Assembly: GCA_951406725.2 (NCBI GenBank)
Contig: OX597824.1
Location: 39,804,001-39,868,000 of the forward strand
Direction of reading: 5' to 3'
Source of the DNA: Octopus vulgaris
Lineage: Eukaryota
DNA: 64,000 bases
This document shows, piece after piece, positions 13,505 through 25,636 of the stretch. The stretch's first letter is position 1. Each line of letters starts with the position of its first letter. Under the pieces are notes generated by a model, which had not been told where the DNA came from, made no database searches, and was given only the letters and a program-made list of their open reading frames with translations. Position numbers and translations under genes: made by a program.

Positions 13505-14094
13505 TATATAGACACATACACATACAACATTAAATAGATTTAAGCATGTGCTAATGTCTTCCTTTTTCATCATATTGGTCGCTACAGATATATGTGTAAA
13601 TGTGTGTGCCTGTGTGTATAAAAGTTGTTTTTCTTTTTACACGAAATACATATACACATGATATAATGTGTTTGTGAGTAAAGCATTATTGTTTGAAGTT
13701 CCACGTTCATCATAAACTACATGCTTATCGGACAGAAAATTAATCGTTATTTTTAACTAAATCTAGTCGTAACGTATGTCTTTCTATAAACGCTCGGGTC
13801 CGAAAAGATGTTTCTTCGTTTTCTATATAGTTTTTCTTTGTCTATATGTTATTTGGTTTATGACCAATACGGAACTTAAAGTAACCATGTATTAATCTGT
13901 AACAGATTATGTCATAGATATTTTATATCGGTGTGAGTGTGTGTATATCAGACGAAGGGAAAATGAATGTTCTTTTAAATTAAAGCTAGTCCTATATGAA
14001 GTGTTTCTAAATGTGCCCTGATTCGAAAGGACTTTAATACTTTTTTTTACCTATTGAGTATGTATTTTATTGCATATACGAAATTTAAAGGAAA

Positions 14095-14305
14095 GTTTGT
14101 GAGCTGGCAGAATTGTTAGCACACCGGGCAAAATGCTTAGTGGTTTTTCGTCCGTCTTTATGTTCTGAGTTCAAATTCCACCGAGATAGGTTATGCTGTT
14201 CATTCTTTCGGGGTCCACAAAATAAACACCAGTTGAGCACTGAGGACGATGTAATCGACTTACCCACTCTCCCATAATTACTGGTCTTGTACCAAAATTT
14301 GAAAC
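14095..14305 (+). mobile_element. SINE family B copy
   Basis: gtgagctggcagaattgttagcacaccgggc...gttctgagttcaaattcc...ctttcggggtc. Confidence 0.8.
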
Positions 14306-15309
14306 TAACATGAAACTTAAAGTAGCAATATTTACTATATAACAGACTATGTTGCGTTGGTTTGTGTAAAGAGAAAAACATTAGAGAGAAGAGTTTGATA
14401 GATACATAACATAGAGAGATAAACTGACTGACAAGTATATTCAATAGAAAGATAGTCAGATAAGATAATTAGGAATGGACAACTTCAGTAAGTCAAACAT
14501 ATTTATACATTTGTCTCTTAATTCACGCACAAACGATATTGTGAAATACAGAATCAAATGAAATGTCTTTATGTGGGCAATTATGTGTGTACGTGGTAAA
14601 CCAGTGTGATATGCCGCTTGCGTATGTCTCTATGTGTGTATCTAATTGTGTGCACTGTGTCGCGTGTAAATCTAATAAAAAGCTTATAGTTAAATTAAGA
14701 CAGCTTCTACCATGAAACAAACTTCAAGAGATTGAAATAGATTTCTTATCGTTAGTCATCTGGATAACATTATTTTTTTCCCCTTTACATTTAGTGTAAA
14801 CTCTAAATTCATACCTGAAATACCAAAGAATCTTCTATATCTAATTTTATTTGCTTCCATAATCTTAGAAAAATGTTGTCTGTTTCTCCTCTATTTCCTA
14901 TAGTTTTCGGTTGTTTTTTTTCAAATTTCGCATCAATGTTCTGATGAAAAACAAATATTGAAGGAAAGACCAAAAACAAATCACCAGTAAAAATAAATGT
15001 AAATAATTTGTGTTATGTTGCAAGAAGTATGATGCAGAGACAGAAGAAAAAGAAATTAATCCATAAATAATGGAAGGTATAATGTTCCAAAATCGAATTA
15101 GCAAAGTTTTGAATACTTATTACTCGGCGAATCATTTGTATGTTACATTGCATGTATATTACTGTGTGAAGAATACTTTGTGATGCATATTTTGTCAAGA
15201 CTACTGTACGTTCTATAATGTGAAAACCATAGTGTATGTACAACAGTGTATTTAGAATAAGGTGTTGAAGTATATCTGTTAAGTTTAGTGTATTGGTGTC
15301 AATATATTA

Positions 15310-15560
15310 TCTTTTTATATTTTACTTGTTTCAGTCATTGGACTGTGGTCATGGTGGGACACCGCCTTAAAGGGTTTAGTCGAACAAATAGCAGTACTTA
15401 CTTTTTGTAAGTCTGCTGTTTATTCTATCAGATCCTTTTATCGAACCGCTATTTTACGGGGACGTAAGCAAATTAACAGCAAATTGACAAGCGGTGAGTG
15501 AAACACAAACACAAAGCACAAAGACACACACACACACACACACACTCACACATATATATA
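15310..15560 (-). mobile_element. SINE family A 3' part, degenerate
   Basis: ttacttgtttcagtcattggactgtggtcatg...caccgcctt is the reverse complement of the family A tail. Confidence 0.75.
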
Positions 15561-15571
15561 TAAATATATAT

Positions 15572-16085
15572 GAGATCTAAGGATCGAGTTGTAGGAAAAA
15601 TGTTAGTTACAAGCAATTCATAGTAAATGTAACAAACAACTTTCAGGGACAATAGTGGTTTATTGGGACGGAAGATTGTTGATTTTTTCATATCGAAGTA
15701 CGATAATCTGAAAAAAGTTATTCACGGTAGGCGACCAGGTTTGCCAGGTATGCGAATAAGAATACAAGAGTTAAGAAATGGGAGTTGATAAGATCCGGTC
15801 TACATATGTTTCATAGCAAGCGGAGCCTCGGAAGTGATAAATATCCAAGCTAGGTGTATACCGCAGGCTGCTCGTCAGGTCAAGGATGTCTTGATTGAAT
15901 GAAAGTTTACATCGTCGCAAGGAGGTACTTGTTAACACATAGAAGAATCGATCAGAATGGGCAGAGAGCACAGTAAGAGAGAAGAATATAAATGTAGGGA
16001 GAAATAAGAAATATAAAATTTTAAAAAAGGAATAAGAATATAAAGGAGTGAGAAGGATGAGGAATTTAAGCAGGGTCATTTGACC
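15572..16085 (-). repeat. Unclassified dispersed repeat with coding-like core, copy 1 of 3
   Basis: Homologous to 61708-62025 (same strand) and 63355-63660 (opposite strand); shared peptide YHF..SACYETYV.RIL..PF.NSCILI..PG..GRLP. Confidence 0.8.
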
Positions 16086-16155
16086 GATGTGTGTGTGTGT
16101 ATATATATATATGTATGTATATATATCAAAATAAGCAACAGGATGTCCAGAGGTA

Positions 16156-16235
16156 ATGCAGTACGATCGTTTCAAGTGACTCCATTTAATTGAACAATTA
16201 CATCAATTTAAATGCAGAGCAAGTCTCAGCCGCAT
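16156..16235 (-). ncRNA. Hammerhead motif with 1-nt core deletion
   Basis: ATGCGG-CTGAGA-long stem II-GAAA-CGATCG-TA-CTGCAT. Confidence 0.6.
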
Positions 16236-16520
16236 GAATACATAGAATTAAATTAAATTAAAACAGACACTGCTCCTTGTTCCTTGGCCTTAGATTTTAA
16301 TTTACAAAGATGTGATAAACAAGACTATAAATTAAATCTGACCCCAAAAAACAGTGACAAGCCAGATCTCTAACAAGTCTTTCTTCCTGATACCTTAGCA
16401 GCTTCTAAGCTGAAGTGAAGACACCATGTTCTTTGTCTATCTCCTTACCTTCTCAGCAGTTTTACGTAAAATTATACTAATGTGCCCATCTGTTTTAATT
16501 TAATTTAATTCTATGTATTT

Positions 16521-16608
16521 ATGCAGCTGAGGATTGCTCTGCATTTAAATTGATGTAATGGTTGCAGTGTTCAATTAAATGGAGTTGCTTGAAACGATCG
16601 TAATGCAT
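16521..16608 (+). ncRNA. Type I hammerhead motif, intact core
   Basis: ATGCAG-CTGAGGA-long stem II-GAAA-CGATCG-TA-ATGCAT; the first stem I pair is mismatched in this arm but paired in the other arm. Confidence 0.7.
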
Positions 16609-16721
16609 CGTAACCTCAGCGTGAAATATTTTTTTTCCATAAGTTTCTTTCGAGTGCATTAAACGTATCGCACCTCCAAAGATTTGGCTGCTATTTCTAG
16701 CAGCCCTGCTACCATATAACA

Positions 16722-17705
16722 TCTATTTACGATAAAGCACCCGAAATAGCAGGGCGTGCAAGAAATAGAAGTAAAATCTATCCTTTTCTGGGGAAAGGAG
16801 TCGTTTACGCGCGATTTCGATGTCACATGCATTGAAAGCATACGAAATAACCTGGAAAAGAAAAAAACCTACGAAACAAAATTCCGTTGGTGGGAATCGA
16901 CAATCCAGGGGGAGTGTTTTCTAATAATTGCATCAGCTTCAATGTTTTATAACTTAACCCTAACCTTAACCATCAGTGACCCAACTGACGGTTAGGGTTA
17001 GGGTTATTGATGTCACATTATTTGAAAGCATGCGAATTATTTGAAATTATTTGAAAGCATGCGAAATAGCCTGGAAGAAAAAAAAAAACAACGAAGCAAA
17101 ACTCTGTTGGTGGGAAACTCTGAGTTTCCCACAACCCCCACTCCCACTTTCTTTTCTGGAAGAAAGTGGCTTCCGGTGGGTTTGAAGGTGAGATACGTTG
17201 AATGAACACGAAAAAGCTTGTGGAAAAAATTACTTCACATCGAAGTACGAACGGGTCCTGCACGAAATATTTACCCAGGATCGAGATAGGCAAGCGAATA
17301 GTACTGTCGATGAGACTGATAAAGCAAGGGCTGGGTATTTGGCGGATCAGAGAGAAAGATACAGAATCAGGAGAGATCAGGAATCGGACACTCGAAGAGC
17401 TGAGCGTCTGGCGAACCAGAGGGCAAGAGACAAAGGCAGGAGACGTCATGAATCGGAATAAAACAAGTTTTACGTAAATCGGACCACAGGTTACCAAAAT
17501 ATGCAGTTTGGGAGTACCTTTATAAATAGCCAAACCTGCGTATAATGGGAAAATGTTTTGAGAGTAAAGTACCATTCAAATGTGAATACACACAGAAAAA
17601 CAGATTTTTCGCGTAAATTGGACCACTGATTCTCGAGATACGCGGTTTCTTCGGGCTTCGGGTACCTTGAACTATTGGTGACTCAACGGGTCACGGGTAG
17701 TCTAG
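16722..17705 (+). mobile_element. Non-autonomous Helitron
   Basis: A|TCTATTTACGATAAAG 5' end; GTGACTC-aac-GGGTCAC hairpin then CTAG|T 3' end; no TSD; internal R/E-rich frame (LADQRERYRIRRDQESDTRRAERLANQRAR) resembles RepHel N-terminal repeats. Confidence 0.75.
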
Positions 17706-17818
<113 letters not shown>

Positions 17819-18568
17819 GTATGAAGTTCTGATAGGAAGCGAATACCTTTGACACTCTTAAAATATTTTCAGATTTTGGAGTTTAGGAAATAAATAGTTG
17901 TACAAAGGGCAAAACCCAAAGTATTCCTTTTTTAACAAACAGAAACCTTCTAAAATAAACAATGGAAGATGTTATTATATTTGTGCATTTCATAATACTG
18001 ATAACAGTATTTACAGTAGAATCAAACTGATGTACAAAAATATCGAATAATCAAGTTTCCATAATAAAATACAACGAATATTATGTGGTATGTTATTTAA
18101 CGCAATGCCGTTTCAGAAAATAATAAATATGTGCTCAAACCGATAAAGCATCATGGGTGTAATTCTAAATATATGTATTTGTGAGCGCGTGTGTGTGTGT
18201 GCGTATGCGTGTGTGTATGTGTGTGTGTGTGTGTGTGTGTTTGTATGTATGTGGTATGTGTCTGTGAGTGTGTGTGTGTATATATACTTTATAGTGTGTA
18301 TTGTTGCACATAGAAAAAGGAGGAAAAACACTCAATACCTGAGATAGTATTTTCAGCTTCTTACATATATTACATACATTTATATATATTCTGTATGGAC
18401 AAAATAATGGAAATAGTTTTTATTTAACTTTTACTTTTTTTTTTTTTTTTTGGAAATTATGACAAATTCAGAACAGAAATACACTGCCTTCATGCAATAT
18501 GTATGTCTTGTATATAGCCCTCCTATTTCTTCTTTTGCAGACATTTATATTCAAATATGTTAAAATTC

Positions 18569-18770
18569 ATGGCGCATATAATTTCCAAAGAGAACAAATT
18601 ACTGGAACTCGTATGGTTAGATTTTCAGTTACTAAAACTGCTGAACTGTTTCATGTTTAGAGAGGTACAATCTCTGAAATTACGCTTGCATTTCAAATCC
18701 AAGGTAAAACCAGTTCAGGCAAGCATAATTATTTACAGAATACAAAGCTCACAAAGAGGAACCTCAATAT
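18569..18770 (+). pseudogene. Tc1-like transposase N-terminal HTH remnant
   Basis: Frame from 18583 reads FQREQITGTRMVRFSVTKTAELFHV*RGTISEITLAFQIQGKTSSGKHN, resembling Tc1 FQRGQIVGAR...SVTKTA.L.GVSR.TVS.....GKTSS.K.N. Confidence 0.7.
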
Positions 18771-19440
18771 AGTGAAACGTAGCGAACACGTATTTCGATG
18801 TCAATAGGTGTCGATCGCTTGTTCAGTTATCTTCTCTTTAGCTTCTCTTCTCCTTCTCATTTGGAGTTCCAAACTTTCACCTAGCGATTGCTCTACCGTC
18901 CACGACAGAGGACATATTTTGTATGGTATTTAATATAGCGCTATTCGACTTTGCTGTTCAAACATATGCTTCTGGCATTTCATTGATGCAAATTTCTTAG
19001 GCCATAATTGTGTTCTTGTATGTATGTCTGCATGTGAGTATATGTTTGTGTGTATGCATGTATTTACAAGGTGTTACCAGAAAATCTCCGTACTACACAT
19101 GCTGGGATTGTAATGTTTAACGGAAACGCAGGCGCAGCTGAGGATCATTGGTAGCCAGTCTACTGAATAAAATCTGCCAACTAGTTTCGTACTATTTACT
19201 TGTGTTCAGTTATCTCGAAAGGACTTGTATCATAAATATATGCTCTGCAATATTTATGATAGTCGTTAAACTCGAGGCTGCTTGCGTCAATTTTTGCAAA
19301 TCTGTTACCAGGATCATCTAAGTGCTTCGTCAGGGTTTTGGAAATATTTCTTCATTGAGTGCATTTCTGATGTAATCTTTACTGCTATAGTTTAGAAGGC
19401 CAATGTCACTGCGAGATAATACAATAGCAGTAAGAGTCGT

Positions 19441-19780
19441 AAAGGCGCATGATTCAGAGGTTAGAGGCTCGGGCTCACAATCATGAGGTAGTGAGTTCGA
19501 TTCCTGGACCGGGCTGTGTGTTGCGTTCTTGAGTAAGAGACTGTCTTTCACGTTGCTCCAGTTCACTCAGCGGTAGAAATGAGTTGCGATGTCTCTTGGT
19601 CTCAAACTGTATCGGCCTTTGCGTTTTCCATGGTGTAGAAAAGGGAAGTTGGTATGCATAGGTGACTGCAGGTCTTCCATAAACAGCCTTGCCCGGACTT
19701 GTGCCTCGGGGTGGGGGGGAACGTCCTAGTTGCAATTCCTTGGCCATTCATGACCGAAGAGGGGGTGTCTTTACCCTTTA
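19441..19780 (+). mobile_element. tRNA-headed SINE family C
   Basis: A/B-box-like head (gagttcgattcc), central tgtgttgcgttcttgagtaag...ttgctccagttcactc, tail cattcatgaccgaag...tctttacccttta; a second copy is at 33751-34058. Confidence 0.85.
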
Positions 19781-19969
19781 AGAGTCTGGACTTTGTTTTT
19801 GATACTAGGTACAATCCTTGCTATAAAACTGCTAGATAACATCCTTATTATAAAGCATGTCTGTTGTACGGAAAATGTTCTTGTGTTGTTTATACTATGT
19901 TCACGTTGTAGGGAACAAAATTATACTCAGCCCTTTTTTGGAATACAATCAGTCATCACTCCTCTTTCA

Positions 19970-20125
19970 GGCATGGCTGAATGGTTTAGTAAGAAGTTCG
20001 CTTTGCAAGCACGTGGTTTCAGGTTCAGTACACGTTGTGCTGCTCCTTGAGCAAGTGCCTTCTACTGTCACCCCGAGCAGACCTTCTGAGTGAATTTGAT
20101 AGACAGAAACTGAGCGGAAGTATGT

Positions 20126-20162
<37 letters not shown>

Positions 20163-20390
20163 ATGCGTGTGTACGTGGGTACGTGCTTGTGTGTGTATGT
20201 GCGTGTCTGTGTGTCTGTGCATGTCTCCAATCACCACTTGAGAACCAGCATCCGTGTGTTTACCTATCCCGTAACATAGCGGTTCGGCAAAAGAAACCGG
20301 TAAATTAAGTACAAGACTTTATTACTGTGGTCGCTTTGTTCAACTAAAACCCTTCAAAGCGGTGCCCCTGCATTGTTGCAGTAAAAGATA
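19970..20390 (+). mobile_element. SINE family A (CORE-like), degenerate
   Basis: ccttgagcaagtg core, internal (TG)n, agcggttcggcaaaaga and aagcggtgcccc tail. Confidence 0.8.
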
Positions 20391-20830
20391 CAAGTTATGC
20401 CCTAAAGAAGGATGTTAAATTAGTCATTGTTGATTTAACAAAGCCAACAAAATTATATTTTATACCTTCGTCTTCGTAACTACATTCAGTTTAAATTTTT
20501 CGATGTGATTGGTATTGATTTATCTAGTTTTATTGCTTGCAGTAACTTTTGCCATGGTAAATCGGCATTTGAGACAAATATCACGGCAACCTTGAATAAA
20601 ATGTTTCTTCTATGAATGTGGTTAGGATAATTAATATTTTTACATTCATATTTTGACAATCATTAACACCTTCAGCATCGAAGACACGAAAGACAGACGT
20701 GGCTTAACTGCTAAAGATATTCCTATTATTCAAATAATAGATTGCTTGCTCCGAGCGCCCAAAGTATGAATGTATATAAATGTTTTATGTACGTGCTTCG
20801 GTGTTTATATCTATCGATAAAAATCTATGC

Positions 20831-20912
<82 letters not shown>

Positions 20913-20919
20913 TTATATA

Positions 20920-20964
<45 letters not shown>

Positions 20965-21812
20965 ATAATGTCACAGAACCTCCCAACACTAGACATCAAT
21001 ATCTAAGCATTATACATGCCTAATATATTTCTATGTGTGTAAATGTGTGTGTGTGTCTATGTATGTGTGCGTGAGTGCTCGTCTATGTTTGTGTATGTAT
21101 ATGTGTGTATATGATATAATATACATTCTTTAACTATCAAGAAAACATGACCATGAAGCTGTGATGAATGCGATTTCCTTTGCTTCGTTTACTTTGTTCT
21201 GCTTCTTTTTATGTTTCCTATCAAGAGAAATTTTAGAAAGCCGTGCAAATTTAGTTATAAAATTCAATAATATTTATTCAAAAGATTACAGTGATACGAT
21301 AAGCACATTACTCAGATAGATTAAAATGTCGGCTAACAAATACTAATATGGTTTCTCCAGAATTATATCCGATTAAGAAACAAATAATGCAGAAACACAA
21401 AAACGTTTGTATGAAAAACAAATAAAGCTAATAGAAATATTAAGGTGAGAGGTGAGGAAGAGAAGCAGCAAATAGAAAAATAACAAGGATATATCTAAAG
21501 ATATTGGTAGTGTAACCCTGGCATATGAGAGAGGTTGTTTGCTGCTCCTTACACAAGATGTTCCTGAATCCCTGTGCCAAACAATAACGGAGAATATTAT
21601 GTATAATATGAAGCCCATATAAAATAGGTTATTGCTGTAATGAATAACCGTCAAAATAACTCATGATTTAAAAAAGACATTCACTTCTTTTGAAGAAATA
21701 TTTTTTATAATTATTATCATAAACATAAATAACTATTAGTTTCAAATTTTGGCTCAAGGCCAACAATTGCGGGGTAGGAGCTAAGTCGATTACATCAACC
21801 CAGTGCTCAAGT

Positions 21813-21981
<169 letters not shown>

Positions 21982-22197
21982 CACTAAATTCGATTAGAGG
22001 TTGTGTTAATCTTGTGAAGGGATGGTTTCATCCAGGGAAATACTAGTTCAATACCTAATATTTTGGTGGGTTTAATCTCCTAAAAATAATAAGTGTATAT
22101 TTAAAAACATATAGTTTATATTGATATAAAAGACGAAAAAGAAAATGGAGATTGAGAAGTTAATAATTGTTTATTATTAGTAGCAAATTATTAATTA

Positions 22198-22278
22198 TCC
22201 CTTACAGCTGTTTCAATTAATGCTCAGTAGATATTAAGTAAATATTAAATTTATATGACCTGAACATCTTCAGAGGGA
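22198..22278 (-). ncRNA. Type I hammerhead motif, intact core
   Basis: TCCCT-CTGAAGA-TGTTCAG...CTGAGCA ttaatt-GAAA-CAGCTG-TA-AGGGA; 5-bp stem I, palindromic stem III, 6 extra nt before GAAA. Confidence 0.75.
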
Positions 22279-22367
22279 AAATGGATGCTTTGTGTGTTTA
22301 TGGATTCATTCTAGCAATCTGCTATAATGAATCTATAAACACATATATAAAACATCCAAGGGTATAA

Positions 22368-22721
22368 TTTTTTCCCGATGAGACACCGTTGGCGGGAACT
22401 GTGCCGCCAACGGAAGAATTGGATATCCCGCCCCCGGAGGAAGACGAATTATTGATCTTCTTCTATAGAGGCGTAGAGGTGGAAAAGGTGGTGGAAAAGC
22501 ACCATAAGGGAGCACCTTTAGCCTTCACACAGGATCCCGAATGGCCTCCGTAGATAGCTCTGGAGGTCATAACGTTTGATGTGACGTTTAGGCTGAAGGG
22601 GCTCAATGAGAAAATTCGCTTGTACCCGGGCGATGCCGACTCGGTACCCGCTTTGATCTTGCATGAGGCGTGGAGGATGGATGAGGATGCGAGCACAAGC
22701 GATGTTGAGGGTGAGTTATAA
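22368..22721 (+). pseudogene. GC-rich 117-codon frame with one in-frame stop; unknown product, possibly retroelement-derived
   Basis: ETPLAGTVPPTEELDIPPPEEDELLIFFYRGVEVEKVVEKHHKGAPLAFTQDPEWPP*IALEVITFDVTFRLKGLNEKIRLYPGDADSVPALILHEAWRMDEDASTSDVEGEL; TAG at 22551. Confidence 0.45.
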
Positions 22722-23169
22722 ATTGTGGCACTGTGTGACACAAACATTTGATAATAAGCACTTCGCCTTCTTTCTGAACCCCCGGCTGTCAACGTTGTTT
22801 GCTCTGCAGGCAGCTAGATATTTGACTGGGAGTCCGGAAGGAAGAGGAAGGGAAAAGTGATAGTGTATTTTTCATGTTTGATTGACTTTTTGATTTTTAT
22901 GTAAGAAAAGAACCTGTGATTGAACTATGTTGTTGTTTTTAATGGACTGTCAAGTCCAAAAATTGAAAAGTTGTAAGAGGTTTAACACCTCGTTTTGTGT
23001 TTGGTTTTAAAGAACAATGTTTAAGAGGAGCAGAAGTCGGCGGGCGCTTTTTGTCTTCTCCCATCCTTAACATCCTTCTTTCATTATCATTCATTTCATT
23101 AATGTCCTTGTCCAGCCTGCAAAGCTACTTTACTCTATGTACTGCCTTTATGGCAAATGTAATGAAATA

Positions 23170-23527
23170 AAGAGGCTTGCTTCCTAACCACATGGTTCCG
23201 GGTCCAGTCCCACTGCGTAGAGCCTTGGGCGAGTGTCTTCTACTATAGCCTCGGGACGACTAAAGCCTTGTGAGTGGATTTGGTAGAAGCCCGTCGTATT
23301 TATGTGTGTGGTGGGGGGTGCCTGTGTGTCTGTGTTTGTCCCCCACAATCGCTTGACAACCAATGCTGGTGTATGTACGTCCCCGTAAGCTAGCGGTTCG
23401 GCAAAAGGGACCGATAGGATAAGTACTAGGCTTACAAAGAACAAGTTCTGAGGTCGATTTTTTCGGCCAAAATACGGTGCTCTAGCATGGCCACAGCCAA
23501 ATGACTGGAACAAATATAATAATAAAA

Positions 23528-23560
<33 letters not shown>

Positions 23561-23970
23561 CACAAGAGTGGCTGTGTGGTAAGAAGTTTACTTCCCAACC
23601 ACGTGGTTTCGGGTTCAGTTCCTACTGCGTGGCACCTTGGGCAAATGACTTCTACAAAAACCTTGTGAGTGGATTTGGTAGACGGAAACTGAAAAAAGCC
23701 CAATATATATATATGCATAAGCATATGTGTGTGTTTGTGTGTGTGTGTGAGTGTGTGTGTGCGTGTGCGTGTGCTTGTGTGTCTGTGTTTGTCGCTTGAC
23801 AACCGATGCTGGTGTGTGTACGTCCTCGTAAGCTAGCGGTTCGGCAAAAGAGACCAATAGGATAAGTACTAGGCTTACAAAGAACAAGTTCTGAGGTCGA
23901 TTTTTTCGGCCAAAATACGGTGCTCTAGCATGGCCACAGCCAAATGACTGGAACAAATATAATAATAAAA

Positions 23971-24027
<57 letters not shown>

Positions 24028-24186
24028 CACAAGAGTGGCTGTGTGGTAAGAAGCTTACTTCCCAACCATGTGGTTTCGGGTTCAGTTCCTACTGCGTGAC
24101 ACCTTGGGCAAATGTCTTCTACTAAAACCTTGTGAGTGAATTTGGTAGACGGAAACTGAAAAAAGCCCAATATATATAAATGTATA

Positions 24187-24245
<59 letters not shown>

Positions 24246-24442
24246 ATTTGTGTGTCTGTGTTTGTTCTACCGCCCATCATCGCTTAACAACTGATGGTGG
24301 TGTGCTTACATCCCTGTAACCTAGTGGTTCGGCGAAAAGACCAAAAGAATAAGTGCTAAACTTACAAAAAATAAGGCCTAGGTTCGATTAGTTCGACTAT
24401 AGGCGGTACCCAAGCATGGCCGCAGTCAAATGACTGAAATAA
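23170..24442 (+). mobile_element. Three tandem SINE family A copies
   Basis: Copies at about 23170-23530, 23558-23972 and 24026-24442, separated by (TA)n. Confidence 0.92.
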
Positions 24443-25588
24443 TATATACATATATGTGTTTATGTGTGTGTGTGTGTGTGTTTGTGTATGTTATATGTCT
24501 GTCTGTTTATCTCTCTGTTTATGGCGGAGGTGAAAAATGAACGAGAGAGAGAGAGAGAGAAGACATTAAATCGGAAAGATTGACTTTAGTGTAATGGTAG
24601 CACATTTGTCATGACCACTCAAAATGTTGGGTAGGCTCTAATGGGAAGTTTTCGTTATATTAAAGCAGTTTAAATTGCAGCAATAGCAGGTGTACAATCT
24701 TATAGTTAGTTTTCCTGTAGTCATTACTAACTCCACAACCTTTAGACATTTGGCTACAGAAAGCTAACAATAAAAATCAAATAATGGACAGGGTTTGCCT
24801 GAATTTTCCAACGTCAGTTATTTATTTCATTTTAAGCTACTTGTCTCCCATCCTCCTCCCCTACTCACCACCTTTATTCTTCTCATCATCCTCATCATTA
24901 ATTTTTTTTTCTTTTCAATTTTAATTACATAGCCCTTTTTTCGTTTCATTTTCTCTTTTCTGAATTTTGCATTAAAAATTGCCTGACAGATATTGATTTC
25001 GCCATGCCGTTTGAAGCTGAAGTGGTCAACGCATTCTATGCTATCCTCATTTCCATTAGACGTTTTGGACCGTGTTAAGAGAACAGTCATCTGCTATGCT
25101 ACTAATGGCTGGCGAGGGGTCAAACATATTTGGACTGCTTTTAAAGAATTTAAAGAATCATCATTTGCCATTCCAGTAATGGCTCAGGCGCTGGCGTGCG
25201 GACAACATATTACGAATTAGAAGTCTTATTTTTAATTAAAAGAAAAAATTCTAAAATATATATTTTTTTTTAAATATGGTGATTTTCACACACGAAAAGA
25301 TAACGCTGACCTCTTTTACATCGGATCAATTAAAGATATCGTTTATTTGCCAAATTTTATGTCATTAACACAGATATACAGGCCGAGGTTTGCCTGGCAC
25401 TACTATAACTCCGCTTATATGTTAAGAGAATTTGGCACCAGACAAAATGATTCTATCAAAAGGCATCACAAACTTTTTGCAAAACCACCGAGCTTTAACT
25501 AAACGGATTATAACGCCATTTAATGCTTATGTTTGTTTTATAGCTGTTCGTTTTGAAATTTTGTACATACATACATACATACATACAT

Positions 25589-25636
<48 letters not shown>

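Larger units (their letters stand above)
16150..16617. repeat. Inverted repeat (about 120-bp arms), each arm carrying a hammerhead motif
   Basis: 16150-16267 is the reverse complement of 16489-16617 with a few differences. Confidence 0.9.

Noticed and set aside
16955-17006. Telomere or chromosome-fusion signature
   Set aside because: Only about three units per side and internal to a Helitron-like element.
17018-17575. 185-aa minus-strand ORF
   Set aside because: Antisense to the Helitron-internal R/E-rich relic; no recognisable motif.
18522-18709. Apparent exon with acceptor tttcttcttttgcag and donor aag|gtaaaa
   Set aside because: The most protein-like frame is a decayed Tc1 transposase N-terminus with a stop; there is no support for a host exon.
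19045-19320. Possible mariner 5' end (tacaaggtgttaccagaaaa)
   Set aside because: No partner TIR or convincing transposase translation found.
19441-19515. SINE heads as functional tRNA genes
   Set aside because: They lack complete cloverleaves and continue directly into SINE bodies.
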